A DNA stretch of 63,864 bases, counting the filler, from Bigelowiella natans CCMP2755 (lineage: Eukaryota; Protista; Cercozoa), in assembly GCA_000320545.1 (NCBI GenBank). It is 9 parts of 9 records of this genome, joined end to end, with 100 filler letters (N's around TTAATTAATTAA, not from the genome) between each part and the next. Parts side by side here need not be neighbours in the genome. Positions count along the whole stretch, not along the records: positions 1 to 20,806 come from ADNK01002622.1; 8 more parts are not named here. The stretch is one strand, 5' to 3'. The position numbers and the translations under genes were made by a program. The notes beneath the pieces were generated by a model. That model was given only the letters and a program-made list of their open reading frames with translations, was not told the DNA's origin and did no database searches. Positions 1 through 9,678 of the stretch are shown piece by piece (the stretch's first letter is position 1; each line of letters opens with the position of its first letter).

Positions 1-1435
1 GAGTGGACCTCTGAGTCAGCGTTAATGCGTTAGAGTTTATGGACCTAGCGGACAACAAGCTACCTACACCTACCGAGCTACGGAAGAAGAACCCCGGCAA
101 GACCATCCGACAGATAACGGAGCTACTGGACAAGACCCCCCCAGCTGATGATTGGGATATCGACAAAGGCAAAAAGTACATTAATAAAATATTAAACGAG
201 AAGTACTCTGACATCACCAAGCCGACGACGAAGCCCTCCAGCAAGCTTACCCCAGTAAAGATCGAGCTAAAGAAGGGATACGAAGAGTGCATCATCAATG
301 ACCCAGAACATAGGCGACCGGAAGCGGACTGGGAAAAGATAGAGTGGCAGATCAATGAATGGGCAAAGGAAGGGAAGATAGAGCCAAGCAACTCACCATG
401 GAACGTGAGACATGTGCTAGCTAAGAAACCTACTTACCCTTTCTTCCGCCTGGCGCACAACTTCATCCGCCACAACCGAGTAATAAAGAGGATCCAGACA
501 CCTACACCAAGGATAGATGACGTTATTGAACACGTCATAGGATACAAATACTACTCTTCCCTAGATAAAAATGAATCATACATGCAGACACCCATCCACA
601 AAACCTCCCGCCCCATTACCGCGTTCTCCAGCAGGCACAGGAAGTGGCACTTCGTCGTATTCCCTTACGGCCTAAGCATATCAGGGGATGCGTTCAGTAG
701 TCAGAACTACAGGGCATACACACATGATGGGATGGCGTCTGTGTTGTGGGTGTTTGTGTTTGTGTATGTGGATGATGACATAATATGTACCAACACAGTC
801 GTCGCTCAGATCTTCCTCCTGGAAAATATATTTATTAGGTTTGCACACTTCGGTTTTACTATTAGACTGCAGAAGTGTACATTCCTAGCTACAAGAATCA
901 AGTGGTGTGGATATTACCTGGAGCAAGGCCGCATCACCCCAAACCCCGAGAAAGTAGCAGCACTACAGCAAGCCCCTAAACCTAAGAATGCAAAGGAGTT
1001 AAAGTCATTCTTGCAGACTGCAGCTTGGATACTACGTAGGTTCTCCCCTACCTACGCTAGGACTGCAGCTGCTTTTACTACTGCTTACCGGAAGGAGAAC
1101 TCTGTAGGCCTCAGCTTCGCTAAGGTGTGGGCCAAGGCTGGCCTTGATGCCCACTTCGATAACCTAATAAAGTTATGCAGCAACACCCTATTGAATGCTA
1201 AGCTAGACACTACTAGACCAGCTACCCTATGGACAGACTGGTCTAAGCTAGGTATGGCTGCTGTACTTACCCAAGACCAGCAGATCATACGGGTGTGGGG
1301 CAGGGCCTGCACAGCAGCTGAGGCCAAGTACAACTCTTCAAAAGGAAGCAAACGTGCCTTTCCCCCCCCCTGCCTACTTGTGCACGTAGCGCCTCGGCCT
1401 GTGAACACCTTACGCGCAACAACCTTTGGCTTCCA
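1..1435 (+). mobile_element. Second, inverted copy of the same retrotransposon: RT and partial RNase H, then a jump to the LTR U5 end
   Basis: 1-451 is the reverse complement of 1445-1896 with one A missing near position 18. 1330-1435 is the reverse complement of 3821-3926. Confidence 0.9.
39..1340 (+). CDS. Retrotransposon pol fragment: reverse transcriptase and N-terminal RNase H, no integrase
   Basis: Motifs SPWN, PTPRIDD, TAFS, PYGL, YVDD and RNase H LWTDWSKLGMAAVLTQ...AEAKY. Homology stops at about 1335, and the ORF tail to 1466 reads through LTR DNA. Confidence 0.9.
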
Positions 1436-1444
1436 TCGTGGTGT

Positions 1445-3795
1445 AGGCGGAAGAAAGGGTAAGTAGGTTTCTTAGCTAGCACATGTCTCACGTTCCATGG
1501 TGAGTTGCTTGGCTCTATCTTCCCTTCCTTTGCCCATTCATTGATCTGCCACTCTATCTTTTCCCAGTCCGCTTCCGGTCGCCTATGTTCTGGGTCATTG
1601 ATGATGCACTCTTCGTATCCCTTCTTTAGCTCGATCTTTACTGGGGTAAGCTTGCTGGAGGGCTTCGTCGTCGGCTTGGTGATGTCAGAGTACTTCTCGT
1701 TTAATATTTTATTAATGTACTTTTTGCCTTTGTCGATATCCCAATCATCAGCTGGGGGGGTCTTGTCCAGTAGCTCCGTTATCTGTCGGATGGTCTTGCC
1801 GGGGTTCTTCTTCCGTAGCTCGGTAGGTGTAGGTAGCTTGTTGTCCGCTAGGTCCATAAACTCTAACGCATTAACGCTTGACTCAGAGGTCCACTCGTCA
1901 AGCCGTATCATGTTCTGGCTGATGGTCCTGCCTGACTTCTTTGGCAACTTAGCAAAGTATATCTTGTGATTGTAGAATGATATGATCCCCCCTAATTTTT
2001 CTAGGGCATCCTGTCCGAGGAGTAGTTCCATGGATAAAGTCATGGCTACTCGGGTCTTGATTTGGGTCTCCGCGTCGCTGCCAGGTATCTGTAGCTTTAG
2101 CATTAGCTCACCGACGGTCTTCATGGAAGAGCTTCCGTCTGCTTGAGCATATTTACGTTCTTTCTTAGTCACTTGATCCAATAGTCCTAACCTTCTTACT
2201 GTGCTTAGGCTTATGAAGGACTTCGGCATGCTGCCACTATCCCAAAGGGCAGGTAGTTTCTTGTAGTCTCCGTAGCTGTCTTTAACTTTAACCTTGGTCA
2301 TAGCAACTTTGATAGTCCTGTTAGCGTCTTCGTCATTAATGTTGCATACTCCTAAGTTCTTTATGTCGTCTAGGGTCATGGGCTTGTCTTGGTCCTGCGT
2401 TGCTGGTACTGCTGTCTTCGTCGGCGCCTGCTTAAGGTGATCTAATATTCCGTTTATCTGCTGCTGTATAGCATTGATACTGTTCTGCTTTTTGTTCTTA
2501 TATTTATTGTTCTTCCCGTTGTTGCTGCCTTGCCATTTGCTGTTGTTATATCCTTGTCCTCTGCCTTTCTTTCTCTTTAACTTCTCGTAGTGTTCGTTGA
2601 GCTGCCTGATCGTCATCCTGGGTCGTCCTTCTTTCCTGTCTCTGCAGTCTTTAGCGGTGTGTTTCCCTTTACGTGAGCAGTATCCGCAACGTCGGTTACC
2701 TTCCCTGTCCTTGTACCAGTCTCGCTGCGGCTTAATAGCGTTAATGTTTCCTATGCCAGGTACCTTAGGGCTGGTAAACTTGCGGTCCTGCTCCTGCTCG
2801 CGTAGGGATATAGCCTGCACTGCTGCCTCCATCGTGGTGTAGCCTTTCTCCGTAACGTAAGTGGATTCCTTTATCTTTAACTTGAACTCTTCAAACCTTG
2901 CCTGATCATCACCTGTGTTGTAATTAAAATCATGTAGTTCGTCGATCATATCCTGGAAGCGCGTGGCAAAGTCTCTAACAGGTTCTCTCTCATGCTGCAT
3001 CATTGCTCTGTATTTTCTAATAGCCTGGGGTAGGGAGTTAGCATCCTGTTCATTTACAAAAGCCTTCATTATCGCCTCAACGTCTCGTAGCCCACTAACT
3101 GTAGTGTGTATTTTCTCTAGCTGCCTGATCCGGGTCCTGCCTGTCTCGTAAAGGTCCATGGCTTGCTTTATTATAGCTAGCCATTTGAGCTTGTCGTTTT
3201 CGGTGGGGTTAGGGGTAAAGTCGCAGAGTATACTCCTAGCGTTCTTCCACCACCTCCTTGCCTCACCTCTTTTCCCGTTGTATTTCGTTATCATAACCGG
3301 TGCTGTTTTAACAGACATGAACTGGGTGTTCCGCTGTACCGGCTGCTGCTGCTTGACGGTGCTCTGGGTCGTCCCCCGCGAGGCGCCCAGACCCCCGTCG
3401 TTCCTAAACAAAGCTGCCCACTCTGGAGGTAAGTCTGCTTCGTAATCCATGATGTCCTGCATGATAGCTGCCCAAACATCATGTGTCTGATACTTGTATT
3501 CTATCGATACTTTCAGTTTGGCGTAGTTGCTCGCCCTGGGTCGCAAGGCTCGTAATGCCATTACGACCTTCTTGCTTTCGGCGGCCACGTCCTCGTCGTC
3601 CGCCTCGTAGAAGTTCTCCAGTGCCTCTGCTGCTGCATCTGCTTTCTTAATCCCGGGTGCTGGTCCCGGCGGTGCCTGTGGAGGTGTTCCTCCTCCTTCC
3701 TTAGCGTCCGTATCGCCCTTCCTTTCCTGTTTCTGCTCGTGCCCTTGCACGGCCTGCGAGCCAAAGTCCTGCTGTTCTTCTAGCTGCTGTGACAT
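1445..3795 (-). CDS. Retrotransposon gag-protease-(RT start) polyprotein, 3' truncated
   Basis: Part of the 836-aa ORF 1285..3795, with CCHC-type knuckle and DSGS protease. Residues after YPFFRL are junction read-through. Confidence 0.88.
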
Positions 3796-3811
3796 TGTTA
3801 GTCAAATCGTT

Positions 3812-3829
3812 TCCCGTGTGTGGAAGCCA
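3812..3829 (-). promoter_or_regulatory. Primer binding site TGGCTTCCACACACGGGA
   Basis: Starts with TGG just after the LTR. Its complement ends in CCA and has CC at tRNA positions 61-62. The tRNA identity was not determined. Confidence 0.65.
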
Positions 3830-3834
3830 AAGGT

Positions 3835-4160
3835 TGTTGCGCGTAAGGTGTTCACAGGCCGAGGCGCTACGTGCACAAGTAGGCAGGGGGGGGGAAAGGC
3901 ACGTTTGCTTCCTTTTGAAGAGTTGTGTTTATTTTTATTAAAGATTATATTTTTATTAAATCGTGCACTGCGTAATCATTCGCGAAGCTTTCGCGAATGC
4001 CGCCGCACGTGGGGCAGCACACTTCCGGTGTGCTGCCATGAGTCCCGCCGGAACCCACGTGCCTATGCTGTATTAATATCTACGTTATCTATATTCTATA
4101 TCCGCGACAACCCCTTTGTTGTCGCACGTGACTTGTGCCCGCGTAGTGGTACGCGCTACA
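3835..4160 (-). repeat. 5' LTR (326 bp)
   Basis: On the minus strand it begins TGTAGCGCGTA and ends TACGCGCAACA: TG...CA with an 11-bp terminal inverted repeat and one mismatch. It has AATAAA signals, and a PBS follows 5 nt later. Confidence 0.8.
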
Positions 4161-6075
4161 TCAACCAGTTGAGAACAACCAACCAACTGACAATGAAACA
4201 ACATTCATTCAAAAATCACTCCGACGGATTCTGAAACTTTGTTGGGAAATTTTGTCAGTCTCAAAATCCCAGAATTTCGCAATGTCCGTTTTGAGACAAC
4301 ACCCACTGTGAAAATCACTTTGGTGAAAAAGTGCAAGCTGGGAAGTGATGAGTGACCAACTGGCTGACCAACGTGCGTTTCACACGCACATTGCAAGTGT
4401 CATGAGAGACCTTCAAACCCATCAAAGGTGCAACGTGTGACCTTGCATCCACACAACTGCCACGAAAATGGGGTGCAGTGTTCCAGTGTTGACTGCATGG
4501 ACTTCCAAAAGCATCCGAAATTGGAGAAAAATGTGATGGACATGCAATGCACAATGTGCATTGCTGTGTCTATTATAAATTCGCTGCGTAAAGTCAAAAA
4601 GAGTGCGCGCGCAATTTGTCACATTGTTGCAGTGCGTGATGCCAATGCACGTCTAGACATCGCTAGCTGTGAGCGTGCATGCATGCACGTGCATTGATGG
4701 TTTGTGGATGACGCTTGCATTTTTGATGGCTCCACAACACTGGAACAGAGCACGTCACAGCACACGCACGCATGACCCATCCAGTCGTGACATGCACGTC
4801 ATGCCAGCATGTCACGTGTGCATTTCGTGTGCTGTGACCATGTCCATGATCTCACATCTCACGTGTCACTTGCATGATTCTGATCGATTTCACTTGTTCA
4901 GCTGGTCAGCAGCCACAGCGTGCGCACGCGCGCACGCCAAGCGCCCGCGCTGCAATGAGCAAACGTGGGTGGAGGGGAAATTGGCATGGTCCAGTGGTGC
5001 GTGCATTTTCATCGAAACACATCTTGCCAGCTTGCCCAAACCGTGCAACACTGGGCTGTGTGACGAGCAGGGCCATGACACGTGCGCACACGTGGCCAGG
5101 CTGGCAGGAGCAACGCGCACGTGCACGGAATCGACATGATGCAAGTTTTGTGTTCAATCTCGTTCCAGTTTTCGAGAAATTCCACTTTCATTGCCCAAAA
5201 TTGAGCCACATCTGCGTGCCATGCAAGGAGAAAAACCTCGTGCACTTTGGTTCCAACTGGCTCAAAGCAGCACAGCAGGAGTTGCAGGAAACTGTTCCCC
5301 TGAGCTGTTGATCAAGAGCCACCTGACATGCAGCACAAGTGGTTGGGCCCAAATCCAAAATCTCGAGGAGACACCTCAGTTTTTGTGTTTTGAAAATTGG
5401 GCAAAATTGGGAAATCAGAGTTTTCACTTTTTCAAGAAAAAGCAAAAACAACTCTCCCATTGGCACGAGCGCTCAGAATTGCGCGTGCACAGCAAAAAAC
5501 GATGGAATTTGCTGAAAGCACTGGTCAAACGAGTCCAGGAGTGTCAAAATGTCGACACTTTGCTCCACGTGGCCACTTGGGCGTGGTGACATGCAGCAAA
5601 ATGTCGACATTTTGTGTGTTCCCACGTGCCGCACACCGAGAATTGCAGAATTTTTGCAAATGATCAAGTTCAATTGAGCCAAATTGAAGTGCGCAATGAC
5701 AGCTGCACGTTGAGCAAAAAATTGTCGAAAACATCACCTGGTTTTTGAGACAGCTCACTTTTTGTGTCGATGTCACACGTTTGGGCAAGCTGTGAAAACA
5801 ATGCGACCCCAACGCAGTCAGGAAGACATGTGATTGGTTCACTTTGAAGAGCGTGACCATGGCGTTCGATTGCGCCCAACCTCGATCAGCTAGCTAGCTA
5901 GCTCAGCTTCAAATGATCGACCTCCAACCGACATCTGGTTGCCGAGAAAACTCATTTTTTGTGAAAACGTGCGCGTTTCATCAAGTTGTGCATGTTGCAA
6001 GTTGCAAGTGCATGAGAAAAGATCATCACTGACATGTTGCATTGTGTGTCCATCATCCAGATCCAGAGAGCATGC
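4161..6075. other. TpA-depleted, TG/CA-rich non-coding tract
   Basis: By eye, no TA in 4161-4570, 4666-5890 or 5901-6075, while CpG is retained. Confidence 0.9.
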
Positions 6076-6649
6076 TAGCATGTGCTAGCATGCCACAATG
6101 CCGCTGCTGTTTCTTGATGTGTTCGTGCCGCTTTTGATCATGCAACGGCATTGTTTTCACCTGCATTTGCACTTCATCGTGGCCACAATGAGAGTGTGCG
6201 TACGTTCTAGCGTTGCTTGGACAGCGGTGTCACGAAGGTGAAATCTCTCCGTTCTAGCTAGTTGCGACATGCTGGTATTGATTAGGTATTGATGTCTGAT
6301 GTCTGTGAGGCATTTGCGGGTAGCATGCCGCACGGATGAAATCTCATTGCGAAAGACTAATCCAGTGGAAAACAGGATTCTAGAATCATCATGATGCGAA
6401 GCATTGTATTACATCATTCACACACGCGACACCATGCTTTTAGTTTTGACGCCATCACTGATTGGTGTAATATCAGTGTAATGATACACGCTCACACATC
6501 AATAAGATTGCCTAGCAGCGTACTGCTCCACGATTGGCTAGATACCACTTTTGGATATCTCTAATTATGTCCTCCATATCCTTACCCAATAGAGGACGAT
6601 TCAAGATGTACTACACCTCCTTTTAGTCTATATCTCCCTTAAAATTAGC

Positions 6650-7314
6650 TTAGTATTGTGCCTTGCCCGTAACCTCAACTTCGTCAAGAGCAAATTGGTT
6701 GGTAGAAACACCAGCGTAGTTGACGCTGTCGAAACGAACCGTAACAGGGAAAAGAATTCCATCCTCCTGGTCAACGCTAACAACCTTTCCAACATTGTTG
6801 TACCAGTACGAGTAAGGGCGGTTGATCTTGACGAAGGAACCACGTGGGGGTCCCTTAGCAGGAGGCTTAGCCTTAGCCTTTGGCTTTGCCTCAGCAGCTG
6901 CTGCAGACTTTTCAGCAGCAAAAACTCCCATAGGCTATTTAAAGGAAACAGGTGAGGAAATAAAGGTTTGGTGAATGATAAGAGGTTTGGTGAATGATAA
7001 GAGTTGTAAATCTACATATCTGACATGTGCATACCAACATAAAGATTGTGTGTAGCACACACATAGTAAGTAAATTAAGATGCATTTATATATTCATGAG
7101 AGTGTGAACAGAAATTTTACATGGCATTCTGCATTCTGCCCGATTGCTACGGTCTACGTACCCTTGCCATACGAACGTGTGCAGGTGCGAAAGATCGCGA
7201 GCGGACAGCCATAGGAGCCTGTAGACTAGACGAAGAGAATACAATACTGCATAGGACTGCAACAAGAACAACGTTGGTAGCAACGCTGAACACAAGAGCG
7301 TAGGAGGATCTCAT
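6650..7314 (-). CDS. psaE: Photosystem I subunit IV with bipartite plastid leader; exons 7314-7162 and 6934-6650, 145 aa
   Basis: [29 protein letters not shown]...[25 protein letters not shown]. Exon 1 encodes [25 protein letters not shown] (signal) and an S/R/A-rich transit peptide. The GT-AG intron is in frame. Confidence 0.96.
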
Positions 7315-8800
7315 TTTCAACAGGTTGTGATTTGTGGGGGTTGGGCGGCTTTGCGTGTCCAGATTGAGACTTAAGTGAGTTAAAATGTATATTAAGATTT
7401 ATCCTCCATCTCAAATCATAAATAGAAATGACAATTGTGAGAATTTGTCCTATCATGCTTGTGTGTTATATGCTACTTAAGTTGTCGTCAAATTGCATAT
7501 TGACGTAATCAACGATATCAATATGTTCTATTTTTTATTAATCAGATTTATATTGTGAGAATTATGTCGATTTTTAAGGAATACTTCATCATTATTTGTA
7601 TATAGTTTCAACAAAGGACATTTTAATGCAATATTTACTATATCATCCTGCTGAATAGGCAACATATAGATCTGAAATCAACAATCGAGAAACATTGGTT
7701 TATTTGTCTCGGATTGGTGTCTCATATTAAAATTTTACTTTTGTTTAAATGTAAAAAATATATATCCGTGATACCGGGATTATTGGTGCCCATCGCCAGA
7801 TCGAATAATTGAAGGATATTTCAATTATTGTTGATTCAAAAACTCATAAATTGTCTTGTATTCAACATATGCGATTTCATCTTTTTATTGTCTTAGCTAT
7901 GTAATATTATGCACCACCATCTTTAATTTTTTCGCGTTCATGAAAGTCACCGCGGGGTAGGGGGCTCTTTCCTTGCCGCTTATGCTTAGTTACGAATTAA
8001 GCAGGAAAATATGCCTTCCTGAGAACTTCTGCGATAAAAAATTCGAGATTGTATTGTATTTATTGAAGTTATTTGTACAGTTGGAGCGCAACAGAAGTGA
8101 AATATCTTTATACTGGTTGCAAGATGAAATAATTATAAACCTTAGATTCGGTGCAGTATTTCTTCTGATGAACTGAAAACCCTTTTATCCTTCAGTTTAG
8201 TTCCATTCTACTTGACGTTATAAAAAATTCTAGAAGAATTTTATTCTATTTTCTTTCTCGGCTATCTGAGTTAAGCATTCGGCTACTTAAGAGGCAGCCT
8301 CAGAAGCTTTGGCTTTCTGTGCAACGTCGATCTCAATCCCAATTTCTATTGCAATATGTAGGGCTTTTTTCTGCGCAAATTTTTTTATTTTCACTTGGTT
8401 CCCTTAAGTGCCTCAGCCGCTTTTGTTTCCGTCCTGTTCGATCGACGTAGGCTACGGTTTTCAGACATTTCCGACATTTATATGCTCTGTTCGATCAGGG
8501 AAAAAGTTAAAATAGCGCACAATATTGTTTTTGAGTGCGCTGCATATCCTGTCGTAGTCTTAGATTTATGGTGAAAAGTTTAATGCCAAGTTTCCATAAT
8601 AAATTGATTCGGCTGAAACCATTCTGTATAAGTATCATCTTGGATTCCCCAAATTATCTCATTGCGACATGTAATTATTGTGCAAAGAAATGATTTAAAG
8701 GGTATGCATCATTGAGCGAAACAATCTTTAATGTCTGAAACATTGACTCTCCAGCTCTCCAGCTCATTCATCACAACACGAACCCCCTCGCACGCACAGA
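7315..8800. promoter_or_regulatory. AT-rich divergent intergenic region shared by psaE and psbQ
   Basis: Head-to-head start codons 1486 bp apart, with no convincing ORF or microsatellite between them. Confidence 0.5.
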
Positions 8801-9678
8801 ATGGAGTACCGCGCAATCGAAGAAGGAATTCAGTTCTCCCGAGCCCGCAAGGCTACGTCCTATAAGGGTGCTATCATTGCAGCAGTATGCGTCGTTGCTG
8901 CAGGCGCTTTCTTCCTCTCCGGAAGCGGAAACAGCGAGCTTGCACTAGCACAAACCCGCACTGCTGGAGTTTCATGCCGTAATGTTCGTACTGCAGCACA
9001 GATGGATCGCCGCGCGGTATTCCTTTCCTTTCTTTTTTTACATATTCAAACTTGTTTTTGTGAGGGAAAGAGATATGGGTAGGATAATGACACTAGGGCG
9101 CTAAGTGTAGTGCTGATGCGAGACAGCGTTTTTGGTCGATTTTAGATTTTCCAAATAGTAACATTTTTTCCCATTTAAAGGTTCTCGGTGGTCTCTTTGG
9201 CACGGCTGCCTTCGGAGCTGCTAAGTCTGCTCAAGCTCTCCAAGATGTTCAGTTGATCGATGACCGCAAAGCTAAAAAGAATGGATTCGAGATCATCTAC
9301 GAAGCACGTGATCTTTCCCTTGATCAGGACACTCGTGATGGCATGACACAGGCTCGTACTGGACTTCAGGAAACTAAAAAGCGCGCTATTGGAGCAGAGA
9401 AAAAACTTACGGAAGCTGGTTCTTTCGTAGACAAGAAGTACTGGAGCGAGGGTCGCACTGTTCTCCGCCGTCTGGTTGGAACTCTGCGCTTTGACCTTGC
9501 TGCTCTTGCTGACTCAAAGAGCGGAGCTGCTAAGAAGGAAGCAATTAAGGCAAACAAGGATTTCTTCGAAGCTCTTGAAAGTCTTGACCTCGCTATGTAC
9601 AAGAAGAATGTTGAGGCTGGTCAAAAGGCTTATCAGAAGACTATGGCTGCTTACAAGGCTACGCTGAGCTTGTACTAG
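8801..9678 (+). CDS. psbQ: Oxygen-evolving enhancer protein 3 with tripartite leader; exons 8801-9016 and 9181-9678, 237 aa
   Basis: IDDRKAKKNGFEIIYEARDL...YWSEGRTVLRRLVGTLRFDL matches green-algal PsbQ. The leader has a hydrophobic signal, a transit peptide and a Tat signal DRRAVLGG...AQA. Confidence 0.95.

Larger units (their letters stand above)
1445..4160 (-). mobile_element. Ty3/gypsy LTR retrotransposon, 5' half (5' LTR, PBS, gag, protease, start of RT), truncated at 1445
   Basis: LTR at 3835-4160 and PBS at 3812-3829. One ORF from 3795 has a zinc knuckle (CGYCSRKGKHTAKDC), an aspartic protease motif (ALWDSGS) and the RT N-terminus (GKIEPSNSPWN). PR-RT-RH order is gypsy-type. Confidence 0.9.

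Noticed and set aside
1-38. Programmed frameshift upstream of RT
   Set aside because: It is a single missing A relative to the other copy, at the window edge. The other copy reads PR into RT in one frame.
1-4160. DIRS element, DNA transposon or retron/DGR-like system suggested by an RT with inverted repeats
   Set aside because: Protease, gypsy-type RT-RNase H, a TG...CA LTR and a PBS fit an LTR retrotransposon. There is no tyrosine recombinase and no adenine-specific variable repeat; the duplicated segments are essentially identical.
4205-6081. Many overlapping ORFs in all six frames
   Set aside because: Loss of TpA removes TAA and TAG stops. The peptides are C/H/M/Q-rich with no recognisable motif.
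6964-7003. 19-bp tandem duplication aggtttggtgaatgataag in the psaE intron
   Set aside because: An ordinary local slippage duplication with no sign of function.
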